DNA of 64,000 bases from assembly GCA_017499595.2 (NCBI GenBank), contig CM038998.1, positions 3,286,001-3,350,000 of the forward strand, read 5' to 3'. Made by a program: the position numbers and the translations under genes. The first letter of the stretch is position 1, and the number at the start of each line of letters is the position of its first letter. Source of the stretch: Psilocybe cubensis (lineage: Eukaryota). A model generated the notes under the pieces. The model worked only from the letters and a program-made list of their open reading frames with translations. It made no database searches and was not told the origin of the DNA. Below, in pieces: positions 38,460 to 54,754 of this stretch.

Positions 38460-40735
38460 ATGTCCTTTGCTGACGGACTGCCCTTAAAGAGCACTGCTCA
38501 GGCAGCGAGTGTTCAGGACGCCATGAAGACTGCGGCACAAAAATTCATAGGTGCAGTGGAAGACGAGTGGCAATTGTACAGGTATGTTTCTTCTCTTGCG
38601 TGTCAGTTCTTCAGACTTAAATTCTTCACTAGTGATTGCGCCAAAGACTATACCATTGGTGCCCCAATTGGGTTTGGTGCCTCTTCCATTGTCTACGCTG
38701 CAACCTATCATCCTTCTCCCAAACCATCACCCAACGTTCCAAAAAACAAAGCAGCAAAGGGGATTCCATGCGCTCTGAAGGTATTAGACTTGGATTCTTT
38801 GCCGCCAAGATCATTGCAACTTTTGCAAAGAGAGACCACTCTTATGTCCCTTTCAAAACATCCCAATGTTTTGAGAGTCCGTGGTTCATGGATGGATGGC
38901 CATAAACTTTACATTGCCTTGCGTCTCATGAACAAAGGGAGTGCAGCCGACGTAATGCGTTATGGTTGGCCTGGAGGCATGGAAGAAGACGTCGTGCGAT
39001 GTATCCTGGCACAAGCATTGAAGGGATTAAAGTATGTCATTTCCTTTTACTAAGGTTGCGACTTTCTAACAATTTGACACAGTTATCTTCACATAAACGG
39101 GTTTATTCATAGGGACGTAAAGGCGGCGAACCTTCTGATTGACGATGATGGCACTGTTCTTTTGGGGGACTTGGGTGTGGCGGCAGACCTCTCCGAGGAT
39201 ACTTCACGAAGTAGCAATCCTGCATCAAGACCCTATTCGGTGACCGCAACGGCAGCACTTCCACAAGCGAGATCAGTATCCGCCACTTCCAATGGAAAAC
39301 GCGGTGTCCTGTTTGACGGGACGCCACCTGTGCTCCAAAGGCCCACCATCGGCAAACGAAAGTCATTTGTTGGAACGGTGAGTATCGTAATTTCTTCTGA
39401 CGCCCTATCTCAGTTTTCTTCCTCTTAAGCCGTGTTGGATGGCACCCGAACTTATTCAAGGAAAACAATATGATTCTGCTGCTGACATTTGGAGTTTTGG
39501 TATCACGGCGCTGGAACTTACACAAGGACGCCCACCTCGGTCAAGGGAATCACCACAACGAGTCTTGCTAAAGACGTAAATACGTTAATTGCCATTTTAT
39601 GATAACTTCTGACATATTTTCCTAGTATTCAAGAAGATTCCCCAACTCTGGACCGTGAAGGAGGTGTGTACAAATATTCTCGCGCCTTCAAGGAGGTTGT
39701 GGACAGTTGCCTTGTTAAAGATCCTTCCAAACGGTAAGCTTTCACCCGGTGGAGATTTCTTGTACGTATCTAAAATACTATTAGTCCGACTGCAGAGGAG
39801 CTACTACAGACCCCTTTTTTCAAGGCCGCAAAAAAGCAAACATACCTGATTAATACAATTCTAAGTAAAGGCAACACGCTCCTGATGTCAATAACTGGAC
39901 GCTGACTGGCTTTACAGAAGACTTGCCTCCCCTGGCACAGCGGCAGGAACGTCGTGCCGCGCCACCTGTACTTTCTGCTAGTTCGATCGCTTCCTGGGAT
40001 TTTGCAACGACACTCAATTCTCCGACGACCAGTGTCTACAGGAGGCATGCATTGGAAGACCTTGCTGTAAGCGAAGATGGTGTAATAAATGACGATCGTA
40101 TATCGTCCAGACATCAAAGCAGGCTCGTCTCATGGGGCACGAATAACGAAGTTCCAGTCACAGTCAATCAAAATGAACCCATCGCAGAATCAGCATTTGT
40201 CCCTTCTTCTTCTCCGAGTACCTCCACGTCCAGTGTGCAAAGTTCGGATTTGGAACCGAGTCCCTCTTCAACACCCCCGAGTTCTTCTGCGCCTTCGTCT
40301 TATACAAGTCCGTCCGAGATTGAACACAGATTACAAGCAGCCTCTGCCGCAGAGAACAACAACAGTCCGCTTACCTCCATAAACGAATATAACCGCGAAC
40401 CTACGCTTGTTGGCCTAAATTCTGTGCTACCCAAATCTACATCAACTCCTCAAGACAAGGTTTCCAATAACAAATATTCCGGATCGCCAGGACCGAATCT
40501 CTGGAACAGATGGAAGAATAACACTAAAGGTTCTCCGTCGCGCACCGATCTATCCGATGGTGACCTTACTCCCCGCAAAGAGAAAGAAAAGGGTAAGGGG
40601 ATGTTTTCAAATGCTGGCAGAAGTATACTGTCGCGAGCGTCGAGTCGATCTCTTACGTCTGGTTCGTCTTTCCTTTGTTTCAGTTTAGTTGATAACTTAA
40701 CGTACAGTAATCTAGGGTTGAAGGGAGACAAATAA
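38460..40735 (+). CDS. STE20-family Ser/Thr kinase (Fray/OSR1-SPAK-like)
   Basis: [43 protein letters not shown]. Confidence 0.85.
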
Positions 40736-41163
40736 TAGCCTAATGTCATTCTTCAAAGTGAATTTCCTAACGTAACCTTCTGCCAATTCTGATTCCTATG
40801 CGTACGATATATCATAGTTGTCTATCCTGCCTTTGTATATTAGTGTAACGACTTGCACATCGTAGTTTTGGCTTGTATAAATATGGCTAATTGTTATTTA
40901 CGCTGTATATATTCACCATAGTAATTACACAGAAAATACGACCTTTTTGGGGGCTTTCAAAGACCTTCTGGTTCTACAGGACACTGCAAAAACCTGAGAG
41001 AGACAAGGCCACCCCGCATTCAAATCAAATGACGCGTTTAGAGACTGATTACTAGGTCACGCGTGTACGATAATTGATCACTTTCAACAGGCTTGAAGCT
41101 GCACTTGTTACTTTGACCATTTACAAGCAATTCTTCAATTAAAACACGCCTTCTTTGTCAACC

Positions 41164-42563
41164 ATGAACGCGATGGAAACCGACGAAGTCTCCGTGGTTC
41201 TACCACCCACAACGACTTCTGGCTTGGCTCTTTCATTGTAAGGACGATCAGTAATCAACGTGAACTCAACATGTGCTTAGTCTCTAGATTAGACATCCTC
41301 TACCGATATTGAATATATCAGAACATTTGACGAGGCTGAAGCTCCAACAGAACAGGCCAGATCCGTTTGGTATGTCGAACAACTCGAGAATGAGCAACTA
41401 TTTGACCATCATGTAGTATTAGGCGCCCTGCTTGGCACGCAGAATGGACGTGAGGTTGAAATCGTGAACACTTTCGAACTTGCAGTTGTCGGCGATGATA
41501 TAAGCCTGGTTGACCATGAATTTCTTGTCTCGAGACGCGACCAATGTATGCAATATATGGAGGATCGCTGCAAAACTAACTGATACATTGCGGTTTAGAC
41601 AAACAGGTGTTTCCATCACTCGAGTTTATAGGATGGTACACAGTAACAACGAAGCCAACAATGCAGCATATCGCTCTGCATGACCAGGTGAGTAGATCAA
41701 ACTGAAGTTGATTCGCATTTTTTGATACCAGACCCAGTTCACGACATACTGCTCGACGCCTCTCTTATTGATATTGCAACCCAGCCTTGTATTAACCTCT
41801 AACAGTGGCGACGCGCATGCTCAGACTCTCCCTCTCAAGGCATACGAACCAACTATCGAACTTCGGGATCGTAAATCCCGTTCAGTGTATATCGAAGTAC
41901 CGTATAATGTTGAGACCGGAGAAGCCGAGCGCATCGCAGTGGATTGGACAGCTAGAGGTGGAGGAAGTGGTACAAGTCGTAAGTCAAGTGTGTTTCCACA
42001 TCCGCTGTCTATGGGTCTAAATCTTTCTAGTGGAATCGCATTTGCAGACCCAAAGGTCTGCCGTGAAAATGTTACACGAGCGAATTTTGATTCTCATTAA
42101 ATATCTAACGGATGTCATTGGAGGCGAGTGTCGTGGTAATATCCTGCCTCTGTTTTCTGAATGTTACACTTAGGTCAAGCACGCCCCGATCAGAGTATCT
42201 TGAGGTCTTTGTCTGCCCTTCTTGCTTCATTACCAGCAACGGAAAACAAGCATTTCCGAGAAGAGTTCGACACCGTGAGTATCTTGCTTATTGTGCACTA
42301 CATGATTCGAACACTCAGCTATACATGCAGGAGTATGAAGATGTTCAATTGACTGCTTTCCTTGCCTCTTTGACGAAGTCTACAAATATTCTCAATGATG
42401 TAAGAATTTTCCTTCTGTTGCCTTTATACCTAATTCTTACTTATTTTCAACGTAGCTTGTTGATAAACACCTAGTGCTGACTGCTGGTAAAGATGAAAGA
42501 GGGGGGCCTCGAAGGAGAATAGGAAGACAAGGTGCTCCGGGTGATTGGGATCGCTTCCATTGA
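41164..42563 (+). CDS. CSN6: COP9 signalosome subunit 6
   Basis: HPLPILNISEH, GALLGTQNGREVEIVNTFEL, KQVFPSLEFIGWY, ETGEAERIAVD. Confidence 0.88.
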
Positions 42564-42645
42564 CCAGTCTGTGTAATAATCATTTGGCTCGTGTATTGTC
42601 GTTTTTTATTAAAAACGATTCTTTGACTAGTACCATCATTTAGCT

Positions 42646-44010
42646 CTATGATTTTCTCGTCAAATGCCCCCAATCACCATTATGCAGTTTACTAACAATT
42701 TCTCCCACCGTCAAATGTCTCCAAGTCTGCTGTAAACCCCGCAAAAAATCGATCAAAACGGTAGGCCGGTCGTCCTCGTGGGGCATGAACGGCTGATAAA
42801 TTCGTGCTGTATCAACAGAGAGATGTATTAAAACCTTGGTTTGGGATGCGGCAGCCGCCAGTATGATGGTTTTTACGACTGGGTCGCCTCCAAAGGTTCC
42901 AGCACCCCACAGCGGGGAAATCACATCTTTTACGCCGAGTTGAGAAAGGGCCGAGAGTCCTGTAAAAGCTTTGTGCAAATCTCGGAAGAAATACTTTGGG
43001 TCAATGTCTGGAATCGTATTTGAGGTTACGGCGTCAACTTCAGAAGCATCTAGAAATAGGAAAGTGTGATTTCGCATAGTATGTTTGCCTAGAAACTGGG
43101 CATCTCTTCCTTGTCCTCTCCAATGATATAATGGGACGTGCCCCTGAACCACAATAGCGGCATGGGGCAATACGGGAGGTGCAACAAAAAGAGCTCCCAT
43201 GGGAAGTAGTGGAGGGCAAGCACCCGTTACCAGCTCTTCCTGAGTACAGGAGGCGCCAAACCCAGGTGAAGAGTTGGATGCAATAAGAGTGCATGGAACT
43301 GATTCATGAGGAAAGGCCACTGATTGACTTGAAGTAGGCTCGATGATCAGACAATCAAAAAGTGGGGATGATTGATCTGTCGTCCAAAACGAAAAACTGT
43401 CTGTATGAGGTAAAATTTCATAGTATCGATAGGTTATATGATCATTCGACTCAATTGGATAAGTAAAGTAATCGAAGAGCGCTGCAAGATAGCCATATAC
43501 TGCTTGAGGCATAGGTGGTTGTGCCGTGTACCAAGAGGAAAAGGTACAGCCCCAATCGTTACCTTTGGGTGGGGAAAGGGTGGTGAGAATCTGATGAGAC
43601 AGTAAAGATCGTATATGACGCGTCGACAGGTCAAGGAGTGCATTATGCCGATTGAGATATGCTATTCGGTGTGTTGGAAACAACGATGGAAGTTCCAGCG
43701 CTGCGTCAAGAATGTTGTTCAAAACCTGAGATGCCAGGAAGGAATTTGGATCAGGGTATTGGCGACAGATAAATTGATGCAGAAATTCTGTATCGAGATG
43801 ACCGTTCATATGAAGAGAGTACGAAAGATCTTGTATTAGATCTGGGAGTGCATGTATGCCTCGCGATAGTGATGACTTGATACGAAAAGAATCAATGGCA
43901 GAAAAAATAACACCCCATGTTGAGGGTTCATCGGCATCGCATAGTCCCAAAGGGTCTAGAGAAATATTGGAAGGGTCGGAAGGCAGGACGTAATACAGAC
44001 TCGAGTCCAT
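42646..44010 (-). CDS. Poly(ADP-ribose) glycohydrolase (PARG)-like, intronless
   Basis: Single ORF. PGFGASCTQEE (PARG QEE motif), RDLHKAFTG, LWGAGTFGGDP. First ATG at 44010. Confidence 0.8.
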   Translation of the reverse strand: MDSSLYYVLPSDPSNISLDPLGLCDADEPSTWGVIFSAIDSFRIKSSLSRGIHALPDLIQDLSYSLHMNGHLDTEFLHQFICRQYPDPNSFLASQVLNNILDAALELPSLFPTHRIAYLNRHNALLDLSTRHIRSLLSHQILTTLSPPKGNDWGCTFSSWYTAQPPMPQAVYGYLAALFDYFTYPIESNDHITYRYYEILPHTDSFSFWTTDQSSPLFDCLIIEPTSSQSVAFPHESVPCTLIASNSSPGFGASCTQEELVTGACPPLLPMGALFVAPPVLPHAAIVVQGHVPLYHWRGQGRDAQFLGKHTMRNHTFLFLDASEVDAVTSNTIPDIDPKYFFRDLHKAFTGLSALSQLGVKDVISPLWGAGTFGGDPVVKTIILAAAASQTKVLIHLSVDTARIYQPFMPHEDDRPTVLIDFLRGLQQTWRHLTVGEIVSKLHNGDWGHLTRKS

Positions 44011-44164
44011 GTGAGAACAATAATACTTTACCACGCTATATTCAATTTCAAGTTAATTTCAACGCGAAAGAACCTGCCCTAAATCTCGTTACGCGAGGAG
44101 CGTCAATTTGTGTTGTTCTGTTCTCTTGCACTAACCATCCCTCAATACCCGTCTTTACTAAATC

Positions 44165-46983
<2,819 letters not shown>

Positions 46984-47214
46984 TTAGGGAGGGATCTGTG
47001 TATTTTCCTATTGTCGACGTTATCTTTTTGTGTATTGTATTTAATGTACTGTGTAAAACATAATGGAGTTGTTGGAACGAAATGAATGTTAAAACTTCAT
47101 AACTTGATAAAAGTATCAATACTTGTAATATCATGTTGCTGACCCGAGAGTGTAGCGAGTTTTTTTCATTACCTTCCGACCCAATGCGTAACTTTTAAAA
47201 TACGAACAATCATC

Positions 47215-47315
47215 GCCCGCCTAGCTCAATCGGATAGAGCGTCAGACTTTTAAGAAGTCCGGGTGATCGGTTCCTTGTGATCTGAAGGCTGCGAGTTCGA
47301 CCCTCGCGGTGGGCT
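47215..47315 (+). tRNA. tRNA-Lys(UUU) with intron (~47253-47279)
   Basis: GCCCGCC/GGTGGGC acceptor stem, TAGCTCAATCGG D-arm, TCAGA-CT-TTT-A anticodon arm, GTTCGA T-loop, downstream T runs. Confidence 0.93.
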
Positions 47316-47487
47316 ACTGTTTACTTTTGTCTCCATTTTTCAGACTTTTGCCCAAAGAAAATAGGATTGGATGGATCGTGTTCACTGGTATAAGTTCACT
47401 GGTATAAGATTATACTCACTGATGATGCTAGCTGGCGTCAACTTTGCAACAATTCAAAGTGGGCTGACAAAAGCAAAAATACACAAT

Positions 47488-47586
47488 AGCCCACCGCGAG
47501 GGTCGAACTCGCAGCCTTCAGATAATCCAAGGGATTATGCAACCCGCCTAAGAGTCTGACGCTCTATCCGATTGAGCTAGGCGGGC
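47488..47586 (-). tRNA. tRNA-Lys(CUU) with intron
   Basis: Same body as the tRNA at 47215 but anticodon CTT and a different intron. Confidence 0.93.
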
Positions 47587-48209
47587 CATGACATGGTTTC
47601 CACTGTTAGGCGTTCTAACCACGCGGTACCCTTCGTCAGCGATTTAACGAAGTACGAAGCGCCCGGCTGCGCACTGCCATGCGGCTGGATATGCAAGGCG
47701 ATACATGTGTCATTCATATTTGTCAAGAAACGGTGCCGGGACCGCTGACGTTGTCTAGTTGAGCGCTGGTTGTCCTCCGACGAAGTAGGAATGCAGCGTC
47801 GGCAAGGATGCGCAGCTGATACAGATCCTCAGAGACGAAACAGACGTTCGCTCGGCGTGGTCGGTATGCACAGTCAGTGGGACGCAGCAGAGTGAATTAT
47901 GCAAAGACATATGTTGTGTCGACGTCCAAGTTCATGTTTTCAGCAACGCCAGCGCTGTTTCGTTTCAGCAAAGATCAAAAGCCAGTGGACAAGTCCTGGA
48001 GGACATGCAGTGGCAGCATGGGTGATGATCTATAAGTATTTGGCAGGACGGCGTATCACGGCCGTGTGATTGTGACAAGAGGTCGGCTGGATGGGGCTAT
48101 TACGTAACTGCTGCGCAGTTGTATATGGAGGACGACTATAGGTCATTCAGCCTTTTCTTCCCAACCACCATCTTCACTCAGTTCTCCCCTGCGCAGCAAG
48201 CCGTCAACA

Positions 48210-49313
48210 ATGTCTGAAGCACAGTCGTATGCGCAAGCCTTTGACGCATACAACAATGAGTTCGTCAAACAGCAAGGCCTCGAGTTTCTCTCGTTCCTCT
48301 CGCCTTCAGACGTCGTTGCTCCTCATCCGGATCTCTTCGAGTCTGATATCGACTCAAACTTGGCTGCTTTTCCCGATCAGCTCCAGCTTTTGACTGTAGA
48401 CTCAAACGACGCCTTTAGTTTCTTCAGGTCTGAAAAGCCGCAGTGGCAGGGACCCCTTTCTACTATTACTGTCTCTTCCTACGACTCTTTGTCCTCCCAC
48501 TCCGAGTCTTTCTACAACGAGCCAATCCAATCTTTCGCTCCTACAGTGGCGAATAGTCAGCTTTTCGACTTTGACTTGGACATGGATTTCAACAGAGTTC
48601 GTGTCGGTGGCTCCGAATATTCTGCTGCGTCTTTGAATATCATGGAAGATGACAACGACCCCACATCGTTTGGCGCCCTGCCTCCCACACCCCCCCGCAG
48701 CCCCCCAGTTTCAATGAATACTTCCAAGGCTTTCGACAAGTCTTACCCACCCCGCACAAGCTTCTCGGACTACGGTCCTCCCAGGCGCGGTTCCACCACT
48801 TCATCAGACTACTACTCTCACTCCGGGTACAGCCCTTCCCACGGACATCCTACCGTTTCTCCTTTACATATCTCCACCCAACTTCCCACTATGGCAACGG
48901 TTACACCTCAACCGGTTGATGAGTACAAGGGTGACCCACGCAAGAAATATCGTTGTCCATCATGTCCCAGAGGTAAGTACTGATCATTCCAATTCCTTTC
49001 ATCAATGCTCATGCCATCTGTAGCTTTTGCAAGGGCATACAATTTAAAGACTCACATGGCAACCCATGATCCAAACAGGTTGAAACCCCACGTCTGCCCT
49101 CAGCGCTCATGCGGGCGCTCCTTCAGCCGGAAACATGATCTCGGTCGCCACCTCATCAGTATCCACCGCGATGAGTCTGTCAGTGCCTCTCTCCTTCCTG
49201 CTGGGTCTAAGAAGGCCATTGGCGTTGAAAGTGGCACTCGCAGCTGGTGCGAATCTTGCGGCAAGAGTTGGGTTGGCAGGTCTGCTGAGTGCGACTGCGC
49301 CGATATCAAGTAA
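48210..49313 (+). CDS. C2H2 zinc-finger transcription factor
   Basis: YRCPSCPR/AFARAYNLKTHMATH and HVCPQRSCGRSFSRKHDLGRHLISIH; one intron. Confidence 0.9.
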
Positions 49314-49930
49314 ATGAATCCCAGCTTTATTTAGATTATTCTTCCCTTGTGTACGTGTCACGACATTCTTCCACCTTGGACATTCACTCACTTCTAAACG
49401 ATAGGCACTCGCTTGCAGCCCTCCGTTACGCTCGTCGGTGGATTTATTGTATGACTTTTTGCGTATGTCGCATCAAGTCGGCCGTCCCGTCCTGCGTCAT
49501 TCGTTGTGTCATGTTTCGTACCGTCCAGTAAAAGTTACTCGACCCAGCGACGAACATGATCTCGATATGAATTTTCTTTTATATTTGCATTTTGACCAAT
49601 CTATCTGCAAACGTTCATTTACTTGACTTGTTGACTGGTTTTTTTTGCTCCTCATTTCTTTCCTTTCCTCTTCACCTCTTTGTTACATAATATAGTGTGG
49701 ACATTGCTTCGTATACGCCTTGCCTCCTTTTTGTCTCTATCTTTCTCACAAATCTCTTTACATCTTTCATATATACAACCTAGTGTCCTCTCGTTCTTCT
49801 AACGTCAAATCGAAATACAAAATGTTTAACTTGTCGTGTCTAAATCATCGGGAAGAATTTTGAATTAAATGCGAATCAAAGAAATAGATATATCTAATTG
49901 GTTATAATACATGGAGGTCCATTAATACTC

Positions 49931-52154
49931 TTAACTGCGCACTATGAGCATTACTATGGCGTAAACGTTAGCGACCAACACGATACACCAGATAACGTAT
50001 GCGAGGGCAGTCATAAAGCGCCCGTTACTAAAGTCCAGATACTCAATGGGAACCACCTGCTCGACTGTTGCTGGCTCTATCTTGATAGATTCAATCGCTT
50101 CTATTTCAATTTTAGAAACGGTTTCGTTGTGTTCGTCGTCCTGCGCTGGCTCATCTTGCCCCTGGTACAGGCACACATCTGATCTGACCAGTTCTGGTGG
50201 GGTCGTGCGTACTTGCATAACCACCTTGCTTGAGGTCAAATAGATCAACGGGAATGCTACGAATGGCAGGACCACAGAGAGCACGACTTGCGAGGCGACT
50301 AGAAGAGTACTTAGCCCATCGCGCCCAACTGAAATCGCGACGATTACAGATGGCACCAAGCTAATGCACCGTGTGATAAATCTGCGGAAAAAGGGCTACG
50401 AAAAAATAAAGAAAGAAAAGGTCAACAAACCGGGTAAATACGAGTTTCCTATAACCCGATGGGAGAATGACGACCGGTGTAACACTTACCGAGACTTTCC
50501 ATTCGATAAACCCTTCGGAGACTATTTGGCCGGCTAAAGTGACTGTAATACTCGATGTCTGACCCGCGCATACCAAGGCAAGAGCGAATACGACCGCGCC
50601 ACCTATATACCTCTATTATAAATACACTGCAACTTTTGCACAAAAAAGGATTTGGGACTGACCGTCTCCAATACGCTCTTGAATCAACTGGTACGCTTCA
50701 AATAGTCCTGCTGGGGTGTTGTGATTTTGGCCGTTACCTTTGTAAAAAACGGCGGCGGCTAAAATCAAGATACTAGTGGAGTATGTTGATGGTGAACTGG
50801 CGTGAAATGTGTTAGAAAGAGATAAAAAACTGACGCAGAGTTTATAGGGACAGCCAGTGTGAGCAGACTAGTGACAACATCCGCGATCCCGTGCCCAAGG
50901 TGTTGCCTAATAAATAGAAGTGGATTATTTTCTCGCTCCCCGTATTTGCTGCGATAGTCTATATTTGAAGCTACTCTCTCCGCGCGGGTAATCCGGAACA
51001 ACGACGATACGAATTGTCGGATATTCGACCTCCTCGACATCTGGTGGCCGGAATTGGAGGGTAGTTGCCCATCTACTGGTGCATCGGATACACGGTCCTG
51101 CGTGGCCAAAGAAGATCCTAGAAATAGAGCATGAGGCATGACGGTTGCGCCAAGTATCCCAACAGCTGGATTGACAATCCATGGTCAGAGTAGTTGCGAT
51201 AAGGGTAAAGGATACACATACCAGCATATACCGCGTCAGGTTCCGATTGAAATAGACCCTTGTTGGGAATGTAGCCCATAAATACATCTGACCAGTCAGG
51301 ACTTGCTTTCACAAGGAGTACTACGAAGCACGCAAAGACAGCTAGTACCTGTGTATACAGCGCTGAGGATCAATTAGAAAACTCCGAGTTTTTATGATTG
51401 CTCACCAGACCGATTATAGTGTATTCAAACAAACGAACTGGGCGACCTTGACTTCGCGAAGGGTCGGCGAAAAACAGAAATATCAGCACGTCGGCCGCTG
51501 TAATGACCACTCCGCCCCAAAGAGGGAGCTTGGGGAACAGTAAACACAATCCAATTGCAGAGCCCAGCAATTCCGCGAGGTCGGTCGATATAATGGCGAT
51601 CTCTGACAGAACATAAAGCGGGTAGAGAACCAATCTCCGAACCAGTCGCGGATGCCGGGAATTATTGTGAAGTAGGAGCCTACAATGGCTAGCAAGATCT
51701 GCACACGGATAAGGTTATCGTTATGAAGTATGAGAATCGGCAATTGATGATTACCTAGTCCTGTTACACAACCTAATTTGCACGCCAGTGTCTGCAATAT
51801 GAACCAGTATTAACGATCTTACAGATAGAATACGGACTAAATGATGTCACCCACCTGCAGAACTATAGCACCTAGACCAGCAACCAGGATGACAAAAAGC
51901 ATCGGTCTATAGCCAAAGTTGGATCCAGCTTGAAGGTCAACACTCCAGTTTCCTCTGTCAAGCACTTAGCGATGCACGCACTGCACGACTGTTACAACGG
52001 CTTACGGGTCAAAATAAGCAACGGAACATATAATGCCAACGCCGACATGGCGTTTAATGTGATGCCCTAGTGTGCGAGCGCCTTGGACAAGCCTGCTCCT
52101 CGCGGTGGAGGACTGGGAGCGGGGAGGGCTGACTTGGCACTGCAACGGTGACAT
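49931..52154 (-). CDS. NRAMP divalent metal transporter (Smf-like)
   Basis: VAYFDP/GNW, DLAELLGSAIG, GATVMPHALFLGS, GQIVSEGF, SQVVLS. Start uncertain. Confidence 0.92.
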
Positions 52155-52386
52155 ACCATCGAGGGGGGGAAGATTGGAGCGATGAGGAGGTAACGAGGGC
52201 TCATAATGAAGCGCGTCAAACCAGTACAGCGGATAGAAAGGCAGGTGTGAACAGAAATATTGCTTCCCGTGCGAAATTGTGTTTGGCGCATCTGTTTTAA
52301 ATTATACCACTGTTGTGGTCGAGACAGAAAAGGATTAGACACGCATTTTTGATCGCAACCTCTCCTTTGGCTACTACTTTCATCTA

Positions 52387-53540
52387 ATGGATATAAATGA
52401 CCTCCACCCTCCAGATGACTACAGCCATCGTTTTTTTATATGGCACGAGTGGATACAGGTTGGCTTTACTGGCCTCTTTCCCTGCCAATAATAACATGTA
52501 TTGTAGGCTCAAGGCCCTCTGACCACAGAGAATGTTCTGGTGTACTTTGCTACGTCTATGTTCTATGACAAACAGAGCAATAATCAGGTTCTGCGCATGC
52601 AGACCCAGCATTCCAATGCTACGCCAATGACGGCAGCAGAAGAAGCAAATGAACTCAAGTAGGTTGATTTGTGCACTCATGGCACACCGCGTTTATAGGC
52701 TGCCCAGGCGGTTTGTCGGTATCGAATTTGCCGTCGTTCATGCAGAGGCTCCCACTTTTTTCATCATTCAAAAGCGTGAACGATTGTCTCCTGATGAAGG
52801 TATCCTTTACACCCCTTTGCAAGGATTTGGCGATCTCATGGGAACATCCACAGTGCGGCCCTTGGCAGCTTACTTTATTATGAACAATCGTATCTACCAG
52901 TCCCCGGACATCTACACCGTTCTTTCAAACCGTCTGGTGAGCTTTTTCCCATATATGTCCACCACCTGCACGTTGCTGATTGGACCTTTGAGCTTACATC
53001 TTTATCTGCTCTCCAATCTTCTCTCGATGTATTGCGTAGACACCGGCCCGACTACACTCCCCGCACAGGTTTTGTTTGGCCTATCAGCGTCTCGGATTCC
53101 TCTGCCTTGGACGCAAGTAAGAAACGAGATATCGAAGCAAACCCTACAGAAGGCCAAGGTGAAACCGATGTGGAACATGAAAGACGATCAAACACTCCCA
53201 AAAGGCAGCAAAACAACATGCTGTTGAGGCATGCAATGGCCACCACAGCATCACACTCCAAGTTGTCGTTCGTGGCGTCCAAATTTGCTGAAAACATTGA
53301 AAGCATGAGCGCTGAAACGCCAGTTACAACTACAATGCGGTCTTCCGCTACACCTGCGCCTTCTACTCAGGAAACAGCACAAAAAACGTCTGGTAGCCAG
53401 CCGTCAGACGTTGCCAGAGTAGGGGTGGTTAAGAAAAAGAAGAAACGTTTGTCGCACCCAAGACCGATTACACACTATTACTTTACTGACATTTCATGAA
53501 CTTAGGAATATCATTGGCGCCGCCACCTGCCCCGAGCTAA
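52387..53540 (+). CDS. MED6: Mediator subunit Med6
   Basis: FYDKQSNNQVLRMQ, GIEFAVVH, FIIQKRER, YFIMNNRIYQSPDIYTVLSNRL. Confidence 0.88.
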
Positions 53541-53880
53541 TGCATTCCCACTTTGATACAGAGATCTCGACAAAAAAGGTTGGACTGAATGCCCGCCCAC
53601 ATGTTCGTCTAAAATGCGGGCCCGGGGTGCGACTTCGTCTGTTGAACTATACGCGTGTTTGCTTAATATTTTCGTCGCGGGTGGTTATTCTGTAATTCAT
53701 GTGGGTGACGTTAACCGTCTATGGGAATGGATGGTGATAGGCTATTCAAAGTGGATAGTCCGGGCTTAGGCAGCATCGGTTACATTTTATGGCATATCTG
53801 AATGCCCAGATGAGTGGTACCAGTAGAGTGTTCCCAATAAATATACCCTACCTACAATATCAAAAGAAAGATAGTTATGG

Positions 53881-54754
53881 TTATCTCGCCCCAGCACCAG
53901 TGAGTTTCCCTGTCAGCCAACCTAACGGTGTTTTTATATTGCCTCCTCGTGGTCCCAGGCCCCCTCCACCCAGAGACAAAGGGTTGGAAGACGCGAAAGA
54001 GTCCTTCCTTGCTCGAGCTGCTTCTTGAACTGGAAATTAACGTCAGCGGAAAGTGTCTGGTGAGCTTACCCTTGGCTGGGCAGGGGAATACCTTCCCGCC
54101 AGGGTGAGAAGGTAGCACAGTATGTACGTACCAGCCTGATCAATCTCCTCTACATTTGTCTCCAAGACAAGGCCTCCTTGTATAATTTCCGCTAAAATGT
54201 GATGAACCTTTTTTTGTTCTTGTGATCAACTCTCCTTGTATGTGAAGGTTCTAACATCAATGACATACCTCGTCAAAGTGAAAGACCAAGTCCAGTTCGC
54301 ATACATTTTCGAATGCTCGGTCAAGAGATTCCACAAATACCTTTGCAATAAATTTCGTTCGACTGTCCAAAATGCGTTTATGTTCATACTTACCTGTATC
54401 AAATCCAAGATGCCCAGTTCGCTCTCTGCACCATCAACTACAAAGACAAAGTAGAGTGTTGCATAGCTGCGGTATACGACTCTCCACCGCTCATCAGCGT
54501 CGCCCTTGAACCCCAAGAAATCTTCGAGTTCTGGTGCATCAAGAAAGTTACAGAGCCCTGCAGGTCTTGTGCTAACCAACGAGAATATCTTCTGTACGAC
54601 AGATTGCGTAGTTTGGTGGAGTGGTGTATAGAATTTGGCAAGTCGTGAAACTCCAGATGTGTTAACTACGATTCAAAACCGATACGTGGATAAGTATCTC
54701 GGGAGTGTCAAGGAAGAAGTAGCCCACTCAACATATCAAGACTGCGTGAATCAT
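53881..54754 (-). CDS. APS3: AP-3 complex sigma subunit
   Basis: MIHAVLI, RLAKFY, YRSYATLYF..ESELGILDLIQ/VFVESLDRAFENVCELDLVF. Confidence 0.9.

Noticed and set aside
47380-47408. 14-bp tandem duplication GTTCACTGGTATAA between the tRNAs
   Set aside because: Simple two-copy slippage with no further support.
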